A stretch of DNA of 64,000 nucleotides from Octopus vulgaris (GCA_951406725.2 OX597821.1:14632001-14696000), one strand, 5' to 3'. Positions 24,360-37,137 are shown, numbered from the stretch's first letter. Program-made: numbers and translations. The notes: generated by a model from the sequence alone, not told the origin.

Positions 24360-26075
24360 TGGTCCTTTGTTCTGAACGTTCTCAGAATCTCAGAATTTAC
24401 TGGCCATTCACCTGCGCACTGCCACCATTTTAGTGATATGCATGTGAAATGAAGCATTGTTACTTATATCAATCCCAATATCACGCATCGTATCTGATTC
24501 TGGATTACCGCTCCTTTTAGTCTAAAGTATCGTTGTTGCGACTTCTGAGTACCAATTAGCTGGTAGAAGAGGGCTTGGGATTTTCCTGCATTAAATTGCA
24601 TATTTTTCTAAGCCCATTTATATATGGTAGCTAGGTCTTTCTGTTGAAGATTAGTATCCGAAGATTCCTTGACTGCTTGTACTACTTTTGTGTCATCGGC
24701 ATAGCTGGTGGGTGTGGCTATCTGTGTAACTGATGGCATGTTGAAAGAACACCTCTAAACAGCAGCGACCCCAATACAGTTCCTTGAGGCACACCACTTT
24801 CTATTAATATCTCCTTAGAGAGGGCTTCATTGACTGCTACAACCTGGCTTCTGTCTTTTGAAAAGTTATGTAACCACTCTCCAATCTTCCCAGTTATTCC
24901 GAGTCTCCGTAGTTTGTGACATATCATCTCATGATAAGCCTTATCAAAGGCCTTTGCAAAGTCGAGATGTATCATATCTACATTTGAAATAAGATAGTTT
25001 GTTATCCTTTAGTGGCCCATTTAGACGATTTAAGATTTTTGCTCGTGGTCTCATTGGAATCCTCCTATCCCTGTGTATATCTTTCAGTTAGCTTAATTAA
25101 TTATTTCAACACCCAGTTATAATGCTACAAAAGCTGTGTTAAGCAGCTTCTTCCAGAGCGAAAGCCATGCTGGGTGTCAGGAAGCAAGTCATTATCTTCA
25201 ATTAATTTCTTCCTGACAATGCGCTCCATGACTTTGCTGACATGGAGTGTTAGAGAGACAGTCTATAATTTTGAACATCTGCTCTGCTACTTCCCTTATG
25301 GATAGGGCATATTATGCCTTCCTTTAACTTTTTGGGAAGTCTCCCAGTTATGAAGAAGCTCTGTAAGAGAATCTGAAGCGGTCTTGCTAGAACATCTTTG
25401 CATTTCTTTAGGGAGATTGCTGGGAATCCCTCAGGGCTTCTGGATGAGTTTGAGCTCATTTCATCAATGGCTGATATCACATCAGTTTCCTCTATTTTGA
25501 TGCTGTCAATAATTGCCATTTCATTGTGTAGAGCTGTGGAGTCAAGGAACCCGTCAGACATAACTACTTGCAAGTGTCCTAATGGAGCGGTGAAAATATT
25601 CATTTATTGCGCATTGAGTATTTAACTGATCCTTTGGGGATCCGCAGTCGGTGAGCCATTTTCTTCGAATAGTGGCCTTACTTTGTACCGTGCTAAAGCA
25701 GACTCTTTTGCCTATCTACAGAAGGTTTGTCTTAATATTTTTGACAGCCCTGGCTTCCTTTTATGCCCTCTCCTTTTCATTGAAATGTTTGAGTTCATTT
25801 TCAATTTCGAGCAATGTTTGTGAGATAGGATCGTTTGTTATGCTTTGGTGGCCCATTTAGACGATTTGAGATTTTTACTCGTCATCTCATGAGAATCCTC
25901 CTATCTCTGGGTATCATATCTTTCTGCTGGTTTTGCATTCTCTCTGGGGTAAACTTATTGCATATGTCATGCATTATTGTCATAAAGTGTTGTAGCTTCA
26001 TGTCAATATCTTGCGTAAAGAAAATGGCAGACCAGTTATGTTCCAGGACCTCTTTCTCGATGCCCTTCCACTTAG
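24360..26075 (-). pseudogene. Decayed CR1-like LINE ORF2 (reverse transcriptase)
   Basis: PIHKGSSRADVQNYR, LDFAKAFDK, SGVPQGTVLG, SYADDTKV; frameshifted. Confidence 0.9.
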
Positions 26076-26104
26076 CTAGCTATATATATATATATATATA
26101 TATA

Positions 26105-26286
26105 TCGTTTTCACCTTCGAAACGTAGAGTAGATAAAACCATAGCGACTGAAGAAGGGGTTTTTTCTTTGTGTTAATTGTCTTGTACTCTATTTTTTTGT
26201 TGTTTAAAAAAATGTCCAGTTCCTTGGGTTTGTGTCTATGTTTTCGTTTCTCATTGTGTTCGACGTCTTTTTGGTGTCCTGTACTC
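26105..26286 (+). mobile_element. Short (TA)n-flanked element with GAAA upstream of CTGAAGA and a T-rich tail
   Basis: TCGTT..CCTTC-GAAA-CGTAG...AGCGA-CTGAAGA-AGGGG. Confidence 0.45.
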
Positions 26287-26360
26287 ATATATGCGTGTAT
26301 ATGTACATGTAGAGGTAGGTACGTACATATATGTTTATATATATGCATATGTTTTATTTA

Positions 26361-26364
<4 letters not shown>

Positions 26365-26409
<45 letters not shown>

Positions 26410-26410
26410 C

Positions 26411-26449
<39 letters not shown>

Positions 26450-26450
26450 G

Positions 26451-26501
<51 letters not shown>

Positions 26502-26528
26502 GTATATATATATATGTATATATATATG

Positions 26529-26593
<65 letters not shown>

Positions 26594-26698
26594 GTATATA
26601 TATATGTATATATATATGTATATATATATATATGTATATATATATGTATATATATATATGTATATATATATGTATATATATATATGTATATATATATG

Positions 26699-26737
<39 letters not shown>

Positions 26738-26742
26738 GTATA
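26365..26742. repeat. (TA)n with TG interruptions
   Basis: Direct inspection. Confidence 0.95.
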
Positions 26743-26743
26743 T

Positions 26744-27039
26744 TGATAAAACGGTAAGATAACAAAAGAAAGAAAGAGACCTCAATATTATGTAAATAGA
26801 GGAAATTTATCTATACAATATGTTACATTACTCGGTAGTCAAGATAAAACTCTGAGTTTCAGATGCCGAAGTGGAAATCCACAACACAGAGTAATTTCCC
26901 TTCATTTTTAACGGTATTTTTTCATAACGTTTTCAAATAGCCAGATAACCGAAGAGATGGTGTTGTGGATTTCCACTTCGGCATCTGAAACTCAGAGTTT
27001 TATCTTGACTACCGAGTAATGTAACATATTGTATAGATA
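26744..27039. mobile_element. PLE fold-back, family P4, between TA tracts
   Basis: 80-bp inverted arms 26808-26887 and 26960-27039; contains an HHR motif. Confidence 0.78.
26943..27005 (+). ncRNA. Type I hammerhead motif with CCGAAGA core variant
   Basis: AGATAA-CCGAAGA-GATG...CATCt-GAAA-CTCAGAGTT-TTATCT; 6-bp stem I. Confidence 0.65.
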
Positions 27040-27047
27040 TATATATG

Positions 27048-27080
<33 letters not shown>

Positions 27081-27101
27081 GTATATATATATATATAAAT
27101 A

Positions 27102-27190
<89 letters not shown>

Positions 27191-27301
27191 ATATATATAC
27201 AGTGCATATAAATTTCAGGGTAGCAAAAAAATTTAGAGTAATTCTTTGCTACCAGTGGTCTAACGAGAAGAAAAAACTAGTCAATAGACTGCATATTATT
27301 C

Positions 27302-27410
27302 ATATAAAATACAGTGTACATTTAAATACGGCCATAACAAGACATCTGACTAGTCAGATGTCCTGTTATGGCCATCTCTTATGCGTTTAGATATACACTG
27401 TATTTTATAT
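27302..27410. repeat. Imperfect hairpin with perfect palindromic centre ACATCTGACTAGTCAGATGT
   Basis: Arms ATATAAAATACAGTGTA / TACACTGTATTTTATAT and GGCCATAACA / TGTTATGGCC. Confidence 0.75.
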
Positions 27411-27472
27411 AGTGCGTATATATATCTATATATATAAAGTGTATATATATGTATGTATATATATATAGTGTT

Positions 27473-27504
<32 letters not shown>

Positions 27505-28825
27505 ATGTATATATGTATTATTATGTGTGTGTGTGTATAGATATATAGTGTATATATGTATATATATAGTGTATATATGTGTATATATATATATATAAAT
27601 GCATATATTTAAGTATATATACATATATATATGTGAGTGTATATATAATGTATATATGTATATATATACATATATGTATATATATGCATATATTTATGTA
27701 TATATACATATATATATGCGTATGTATAATGTATATATGTATATATATATAGTGTATATATGTTTATATATATATATATGCATATATTTATGTATATATG
27801 CATAGATATGTGTATATACATAATGTCTATATGTGTATATATATAGTGCATATAAGTAAAAATATATATGCATATATCTATGTGTGTGCGTGCGTGTGTG
27901 TGTTTGTCAGTTAACATTATCTAGTCTTTAGAAACTGAATTGTCCGCTACAAATAAATCTGAAGAAAGACTTGAATTATTTAATGGACTATTTCCTGGAT
28001 TAAGATGTTACGTTTTATGTGTAGGAAGGAATAGATGGAACCAGTTAAAAGTTTTACTGATATTTCCTCACTGTAGCAAGATTATGTTCACCGATGAAGT
28101 TTACGTCCTATAAAATATTTTTTAATATTATGACCCGGCGGAAAGTGTTCAAAGTAATTTTGAGCACACGTATACTTAAATTGAGGCTAAATGGGACATT
28201 AAATCAAACGACTTTGCGTTTTCTGTTTTACCGAATGTGATTGTCTTGAGTATAGAATACGTTGCTACCTACGAACGTCCGTGACGCTCAGAAGAAAGAT
28301 TTCAGTTGTAAGAAGTGGTGTTATGCAAGATGAGGAGAGAGAGAGAGAGAGAGAGGAGGAGGAGGGGATGAACGTTCGGTAGAAGGAAGTGGTATCAAAA
28401 AGAAGCGGAATAAGAAACGTTACGAAGACATTTAATGACACACGAGCTCACAACTGACACATACACACACACACGCACAAACATTTAATGTGCTAAAATC
28501 TGCTGTAGTTTGTTGCTAAAGTGTTAGAGTTGTATAAGTAGGGTTAATGGAAGTGACGTTTGTAGTGGTAACGAGGCAACGGCGAAAAATGTTGGGGTTT
28601 TTATTTTTTGCTTTCTTATTGAACTAATTAAAAAAAAAGAACACCTTAATCAGTTCACGCATGTGCTTTCATGCAAGTAATTACCATCCGTTTGACAGCG
28701 AAGATTAAGCTTCATATTCTTTAGTTTTATAAAATTAAAACTGCGATAGACAACCTCAATTAACAAAAGAGAGAACAAGGCACGAGTAAAGAACGGGTAA
28801 GACAAGAAGAGAGAGAAGAATCATT

Positions 28826-29214
28826 GGAACGGAAGCACTCCGTCGGTTACGACGACGAGGGTTCCGGTTGATCCGAATCAACGGAACAGCCTGCTCGTGA
28901 AATTAACGTGTAAGTGGCTGAGCACTCCACAGACACGTGTACCCTTAACGTAGTTCTCGGGGATATTCAGCGTGACACAGAGAGTGACAAGGCCGGCCCT
29001 TTGAAATACAGGTACAACAGAAACAGGAAGTAAGAGTGAGAGAAAGTTGTGGTGAAAGAGTACAGCAGGGATCACCACCATCCCCTGCCGGAACCTCGTG
29101 GAGCTTTAGGTGTTTTCGCTCAATAAACACTCACAACGCCCGGTCTGGGAATCGAAACCGCGATCCTATGACCGTGAGTCCGCTGCCCTAACCACTGGGC
29201 CATTGCGCCTCCAC
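28826..29214 (-). mobile_element. Full-length SINE family C with 12-bp TSD
   Basis: tRNA-like head GGCGCAATGGCCCAGTGGTTAGG..GGTTTCGATTCCC; TSD AGAAGAATCATT. Confidence 0.92.
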
Positions 29215-29547
29215 AGAAGAATCATTAAAACAACTACGAAAGCGACGACGGAGAAGAGAAAATTTGAATGACAAAAAAGAAAGAAAAAAACGAAATGAGA
29301 TTTTTCATCAGATAAGAGAAAGAATTTAAGAGAATTTAATTTTAAATTCAAACCGTAGAGTTTCCACGGGTCAAGCGTTTGAATGTTATCATTATTTATA
29401 CAGTTAATTTATCCCTAAATCCATTTCCGTTCAGCAATTCTTACCAGTCTCTGGATTGTTTACACTGCACTGTAACTTTATTCTTCATATAGAATATAGC
29501 CACCAATCGCAAGCGAGTATGATCCGGTAGCATATACATTGCAGTCA

Positions 29548-29756
29548 AGGCGGCGAGCTGGCAGAAACGTTAGCACGCCTGGCGAAATGCGTAGCCGTAT
29601 TTCGTCTGCCGTTACGCTCTGATTTCAAATTCATCCTTTCGGGGTCGATTAAATAAGTACCTGTTACACACTGGGGTCGATATAATCGACTTAATCCGTT
29701 TGTCTGTCCTTGTTTGTCCCCTCTGCGTTTAGCCCCTTGTGGGTAGTAAAGAAATA
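29548..29756 (+). mobile_element. SINE family A with an internal deletion and about 15-bp TSD
   Basis: TATACATTGCAGTCA on both sides. Confidence 0.92.
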
Positions 29757-29864
29757 TATACATTGCAGTCACTAATTGATTTAGGTATCTATATAATCGC
29801 TGGCAAATATAGAAAGCCTTACAGCCCTGTCAGACTTCGCGTAACGGAACATACGGGGTGTGAG

Positions 29865-29916
<52 letters not shown>

Positions 29917-30497
29917 AAGAGAGAGAGAGGACTATACCTTTTCTACTCTAGGCACAACGCCTGAAATTATTGGGAGAGTGGGCCAGTCCATTAGATCGAT
30001 CTCAGTACACAACTGGTACTTAATTTATCGACCCCGAAGGATGAAAAGCAAAGTCGATTTCGGCGGAATTTGAACTCAGAACTTAAAGACTGACGAAAGA
30101 GAGAGGACTGTGCCATCACTTGGTGGGTAATCACTTTCAGCCGAGTAGACTCGAACCACCGAAAATAAAGTACCATGCTCAAGTACCAGGTCCGACAATC
30201 GTACCCATGACATCACGATAGCTAGCCCAACAGCCTAAAGATTATCTCTTCCTCTAATTCGGAGCCGGTTGCATTTGCGATTGTACGTCTCTCAAAGTGA
30301 AGATGATAACAATAAAGCAAGAATTTATATTGTATGGTATACTCGTATTCCTTTTGTTTTCCATATTCATATCGATAGCCACTAAATTATTTCTCAGATC
30401 TAATTTTTGTTTTGTCTGAGTGGGTGTGAGTGAGTTAGAGAGAAAGAGAGAATGAGAGGGGGAAAGAGAGTGATAGATAGATAGATAAATAGATAGG

Positions 30498-30531
<34 letters not shown>

Positions 30532-30553
30532 AAGAGAGAGAGAGAGGGTGTAC

Positions 30554-30960
30554 CTCTTTTACTCTTTTACTCTTTTACTTGTTTCAGTCATTTGACTGCG
30601 GCCATGCTGGAGCACCACCTTTAGTCGAGCAAATCGACCCCGGGACTTATTCTTTGTAAGCCCAGTACTTATTCTATCGGTCTCTTTTGCCGAACCGCTA
30701 AGTGACAGGGACGTAAACACACCAGCATCGGTTGTCAAGCAATGCTAGGGGGACAAACACAGACACACAAACACACACACATACATATATATATATACAT
30801 ATATACGACAGGCTTCTTTCAGTTTCCGTCTACCAAATCCACTAACAAGGCATTGGTCGGCCCGGGGCTATAGCAGAAGACGCTTGCCATGCAATGGGAC
30901 TGAACCCGGAACCATGTGGTTGGTTAGCAAGCTACTTACCACACAGCCACTCCTGCGCCT
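30554..30960 (-). mobile_element. SINE family B
   Basis: Complete head and tail. Confidence 0.92.
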
Positions 30961-30984
30961 TTTAATTTTATTTCCTAGTAACAC

Positions 30985-31262
30985 CCAATGTTTTCTTACA
31001 TTTCTAACATTGTTATATATCAAGCAACTTACAACAGGGCCAACAAGCAATAGTGAAGACTATGCTTCCACTAATGATGAGTAAGAAATAGAAATATTTT
31101 GAATTAACTCCCTTGTTCGTGCAGCTTCCGCATAAATGTTAGCTAACCTCAAACATTAACCCCTAATCACCATATTCAACTCTTTTGTGGTTATATCTGA
31201 TGATGAAAATAGTGAAAGTATTGAAACCCATTTTTTTTTTTTGTTTTCCATATGGTTATATT
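30985..31262 (+). pseudogene. Decayed PLE 3' end: GIY-YIG fragments followed by a degenerate HHR
   Basis: SNIVIYQAT-YNRANKQ..RLC; ATAT-CTGATGA(31197)...GAAA-CCCAT...ATGGTT-ATAT. Confidence 0.4.
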
Positions 31263-31738
31263 AATTTCGCTCGTTTTCAAATTTTATTATTATTATTATT
31301 CAATTTACTTCAGTTTCTTTTCAAAGGATAAACATTTATTGTTAAATGAATTAAAAAAAAAAATGAAATAAGAAATTAGATAATAAACCAAACTAAGAAT
31401 TTGCATTGAAGTATCATGATATGGAAATACAACAACAATATTTTATTGTTGGAATGTGAAAACAAATGATAGAATTTTAGGGAAAAAAAGAGAATCATAA
31501 AAATGATATTTTGAACTCTACAGGAAAATACTGTTAATGAAAAGATGGTGGAGTGCATATAAGGTTTAAAGTATTTCTCTTTTTACTTCTAAATTATCAT
31601 TCTCAAACTCAAAATGGTGAATAACTTTTTCTCATTCTACTTGTGTTTGTTTTATATGTATCAGAGTGCAAAGGAGACGTAGTACTTGTGTTGGTGCGTG
31701 CGTGTATGTGTGTATTTGTACGTGTATGTGTGTGTGTA

Positions 31739-31772
<34 letters not shown>

Positions 31773-32323
31773 TGAGAGACAAGACAACGTGATAGGGAGG
31801 AAAATACATGTGTATATATAGATATATTTTCGCCTGTTTGTTTAGATATGTATGCATATGTAATTTTATACACATCCACATCATAAACAATTTTATACAC
31901 ATCTGCTTCTAAACAAAGAAACACACATTCATACGCATATAAATGTACATAAAGCGTACGATCACTAGTAATCCATTACCAAAGAAAGGAATAGTGCTGA
32001 ACCATCGATATGCAAAATGAAATAAAATAGTTCGTAACACATGGCCGCATGTTTCCATTTTACGATCTTGTTCAATATATATATATATTGATGAATTTAA
32101 TCATTAATTTAGTATGCAAAGTGGTTGGGTATTCCATAGAGAGGCGTATTCTTAACATAATTCACCAGCAGGATCTGTGTGCCATTTCAATTACGTATGC
32201 AGTCCTCCCACCACCGAATGGCTTCCACATAGTTTCCTTCAAGGGGCGATCCGTAAATATTATACGTATACTTGCTACGTATAAATTGAGTCCTTATGTT
32301 TGCGAAACAGATGTACTTTATGC

Positions 32324-32620
32324 GTATGTATGTATGTATGTATGTATGTATGTATGTATGTATGTATGTATGTATGTATGTATGTATGTATGTATGTATG
32401 TATGTATGTATGTATGTATGTATGTATGTATGTATGTGTGTGTGTGTGTGTGTGTGTGCGTGTGTGCGTGTGTGCGTGTGTGCGCGTGCGTGCGTGCGTG
32501 CGTGCGTGCATGCATGCATGCATGCATGCATGCATGCATGCATGCATGTATGTATGTATGTATGTACGTACGTACGTACGTACGTACGTATGTATGTATG
32601 TACGTATGCATGTATGTATG
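32324..32620. repeat. Compound alternating purine-pyrimidine microsatellite
   Basis: (TATG)n-(TG)n-(TGCG)n-(TGCA)n-(TATG)n-(TACG)n. Confidence 0.95.
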
Positions 32621-32708
32621 CACAGGTATATGCATATATGTATACGCTCGCGCGAGTGTGTGTGTATGTATGTGTGAGTTTGTGTGTGGGCTCGGGAGTA
32701 TGAATATA

Positions 32709-32941
32709 TATTTCTTTATTGCCCACAAAGGGTTAAACATAGAGGGGACAAACAAGGACAGGCAAACGGATTAAATCGATTACATCGACCCCAGTGCGTA
32801 ACAGGTACTTTATTTATCGACCCCGAAAGGATGAAAGTGCAAAGTCGACCTCGGCGGAATTTGAACTCACAACGTAACGAGAGACGAGATACGGCTACGC
32901 ATTTCGCCCGGCGTGCTAACGTTTCTGCCAGCTCGCCGCCT
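32709..32941 (-). mobile_element. SINE family A
   Basis: Reverse complement of the family A copy at 1336-1566. Confidence 0.92.
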
Positions 32942-33441
32942 CAGAATGAAGTTGCATCGGCCGATGCATATAGGCATATTCGTGTAAGCAGTGTGTGGTC
33001 ATATTCATTGCTATTCGTCAGTCAACATTTTCCCGTTGAACTTGAAATTTTGTTCTGTGTGCATTATGCCAGTCAATACAAATTCATTCGCATGATCGAA
33101 TCCACAATAAAACCGGTAGCATCTCCATGTTCGTTGTCGGTATGTTTCGGCAACATTCACAGACTAATAATCGTATCTGCCTCGAACTTTAAATTTATCC
33201 ATGCACCCTTTAAATATACTTATACACACACACTCTCACACAGGTATATTGCGCATATGCATATAGTCAACCACAGTAAATATGCAACGACATACCAACA
33301 TATATATATATATACATATGTGTGTGTGTGTGTGTGTATATACATATATATACATACATTATTTCAATAAATGAAGAATTTATCTTGTATGCTATCGAAC
33401 ATACTTTTATTTATCTCATATGCATGCGTGTATTTGCACTT

Positions 33442-33514
<73 letters not shown>

Positions 33515-33536
33515 TATATATATGCATATATATATA

Positions 33537-33830
33537 GGGGTGAACATCTTCGGTCATGAATGACCATGGGATTATCCTCCCTCCCAGCCAAGGTCGCCCA
33601 TGCATACCGGCCTCCCTTCTCCAGCCACCAGTGTTATCCAAGGGAAAGGCAACACCCGATGCGTGTTGAAACCTCTGACGTCGCAACTCATTTCTACAGC
33701 TGAGTTAACTGGAGCAACGTGAAATAAAGTGTCTTGCTCAAGAACACAACACGCAGCCCGGTCCGGGAATCGAACTCACAACCTTATGATAGTAAGCTCG
33801 ACGCTCTAACCACTGAGCCATGTGCTTTCA
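33537..33830 (-). mobile_element. tRNA-derived SINE family D (CORE-like, distinct tail)
   Basis: TGGCTCAGTGGTTAGAGC...GAGTTCGATTCCC, TTCTTGAGCAAGACACTT. Confidence 0.8.
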
Positions 33831-34651
33831 CTATATGCATATATATATGTGTGTATATATATATATACGTATATATACATATATATATATGTGTGTGTGT
33901 GTGTATATATGTATATGTATACGTACGTACATATACACAAAGGTGAGGAATACTCTTCATAACAAATATATATCACAAATGCATACACGTAGGACATGTA
34001 TGCCTGTGCATACACAAGGTTTCAATAAGTTCATTCTGTTTTTGCAGTTTTCGTGTTGAAACCGAGAGGAAGCAAAATGGTGGTTAAATTGATTATTTTT
34101 CTGTAGTTTCTTATATCATTTCAGTGTTCTAGAAAAATAAATGCTTATTGTAGTCTGTGAAAATGTTTATCGGATAAAAATTACAAAGTTAAAAACATAT
34201 TTATCATTGACTTGGTTCTCCTATAATCTCACTCTCTTTATATATGTTTCCACCTTATTTTTCTAAATATCACATGCTTAACACTTTCTCTCTAATATTT
34301 CTTCATTGTATCTCTCTATCTCTCCCCTCTTGTCTCTCTTATCACACTGTACATATCTCGGTAAACTTTCGTTCTTTTTCTTTCCCCTGAATAACACTTT
34401 GTGAATATATTTCTCTTCAGCCTCACTAGTTTTATTCCACTTCGTATTTATTTCTCTTTTCTTTTGTACCTTTAGGCATAACCAACTTCTACCATGTTCT
34501 CGTTGCTTCTATATTTTGGTTGTAACTTTCAACGCTTGTATCTTTCCATTTCTCTATTAACTTCTCCCTGAGTTTGGTTCAGTAAACTAAATGTTCATCT
34601 TATAAGTGATTTTCCCTATTCCATTATATATATATATAGAGAGAGAGAGAA

Positions 34652-35105
<454 letters not shown>

Positions 35106-35110
35106 ACAGA

Positions 35111-35196
<86 letters not shown>

Positions 35197-35202
<6 letters not shown>

Positions 35203-35361
35203 GAAAAATACAAACTGGGACAAGAACGTAAAACATTTAGAAGACGATACAAAAACACGGACGGGACATTCGAAGCCTTCAATCTTCAGTCAAGAACCGG
35301 ATCATCCTAGCAATTTCGGCTGATTAATCTTGAGATCGCTCCGATCCGGCCAGCCCCAAGG
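35197..35361 (-). ncRNA. Family P3 terminus with the non-canonical hammerhead-like RNA (copy 2), ending at (TA)n
   Basis: Minus strand: AGCGAT-C-TCAAGA..AGCC-GAAA-TTGCT..TCTTGA-CTGAAGA-ttgaa-GGCT. Confidence 0.6.
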
Positions 35362-35732
35362 ACAAGGAAAGAAATAAAATTGTACAAAATAAGATTTGTT
35401 TTACGAGACTAAAGAATATATTTAACTCATCATGGCAAAAGTATTATACTATATTATACAAAATAAGATTGTTTCTTTAATCAAATGACTGGTTTCGCTG
35501 AAGTTTTTCAAATTTTGAGTATTAGATGCAATTCGAAATGAGAAATTTTGTTTGTTAGCATGGGATCGTTACGAATTGCATCTAACATTCAAAATTTGAA
35601 AAATTCAGCGAAACCGGTCATTTTATTAGAGGAAGGACATTTTATTTTGTATAATATTGTATAATACGATTCAATTATATTCTTTAGTCTCGTAAAACAA
35701 ATCTGTTATTTTCAAGTTATTTCTTTCCTTGT
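35362..35732. repeat. About 170-bp diverged inverted repeat; PLE-type fold-back with the 3' half of an HHR
   Basis: Arms 35362-35536 and about 35571-35732; GAAACCGGTC at 35610-35619. Confidence 0.75.
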
Positions 35733-35828
35733 ATACTCAACCATATATATCTATGTATGTATACATATATGTATCTATGTATACACACACGCACACACAT
35801 ACACACACATATATATATATATACATAA

Positions 35829-35868
<40 letters not shown>

Positions 35869-36102
35869 AAATATATATCATATATGTATATATGCATGTA
35901 TATAAGCATTGTATGCATATTCACAGACGCACACGCACACACACACAAACACACACGCACGCGCCGCGCACACACGTGTAGATATATCTGGACGTGAAGT
36001 TGAAAATTTACTTAGAAGCAAACCTTTTATTAAGTTAGCTTGTCACACCTATATTTGTATATATTATTGTATCAAATCTAAATTAGGATAATACTAACCT
36101 CT

Positions 36103-36472
36103 GGGAAGCACTCCGTCGGTTACGACGATGAGGGTTCCGGTTGATCCGATCAACGGAACACCCTGCTCGTGAAATTAATGTGTAAGTGGCTGAGCACTCC
36201 CCAGACACGTGTACCCTTAACGTAGTTCTCGGGGATATTCAGCGTGACACAGAGAGTGACAAGGCCGGCCCTTTGAAATACAGGTACAACAGAAACAGGA
36301 AGTAAGAGTGAGAGAAAGTTGTGGTGAAAGAGTACATCAGGGATCACCACCATCCCCTGCCGGAGCCTCGTGGAGCTTTAGGTGTTTTCGCTCAATAAAC
36401 ACTCACAACGCCCGGTCTGGGAATCGAAACCGCGATCCTACGATCGCGAGTCCGCTGCCCTAACCACTGGGC
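36103..36472 (-). mobile_element. SINE family C, slightly 5' truncated, 10-bp TSD
   Basis: Near-identical to 28826-29214; TSD ACTAACCTCT. Confidence 0.92.
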
Positions 36473-36942
36473 ACTAACCTCTAACCTCATCCTCTAACAA
36501 ACCCATAAAAGTACTCATTTAACCAGGAAAACCTTCAGCTAAAACAAATTGTTATCGGAATATGACCTATCTACCACATGAACTTATATACAAATATAAC
36601 TGTCAGCATCTAGATTTATATACTCGACTGAACCGAAAAAAGGCATATAAACTTAACTCTTGGGTTAGTTACGTTTAGAACATTTAATCACCCGGCTAGT
36701 TGCTACCAAAAGAACACGATCATTTGTTAAACCAGACTCTTTTCTACCCCCATCCTATAACCATATACTTACTTCCTCTCCTTCTTCATCCTCTCCTTAC
36801 ACTACATTTTTCCTTTATCCCTATCAACTAATATCCATACTATACATTGCTCCACCCATCCGTTGAAACCAGCAATAATAAACTTGATATAAGGTTTGAA
36901 AAACAAAAAAAAAAAAAAAAGGAAAGAATAAGAAACTAAGTC

Positions 36943-36986
36943 ACAGTCTGATGACGACTAGTAGGCCGAAACTTCGAAGTCATTGT
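36943..36986 (+). ncRNA. Type I hammerhead motif in a PLE-like 3' end running to (TA)n at 37139
   Basis: ACAGT-CTGATGA-cgactagtaggcc-GAAA-CTTCGAAGTC-ATTGT; palindromic stem III, GUC site, AATAAA at 37003. Confidence 0.72.
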
Positions 36987-37137
36987 CAATCTTTCTTGTA
37001 ACAATAAATAGATATGCTACTCCACAGAAAAATATTGGGTGATCCAAGTGAGCCTCGAATACAATGTTAAGCTGATTTTATATATAACTTTAAATGGAAA
37101 CGAGCATCATTGTATGCCTGCTTGTCTGTGTCTTCTG

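Noticed and set aside
29140-29213. tRNA gene candidates in the SINE heads
   Set aside because: A/B-box-like heads run into SINE bodies with tails and TSDs; no clean cloverleaf or terminator
32684-33370. 228-aa ORF
   Set aside because: Made of antisense SINE plus low-complexity sequence; no recognisable domain
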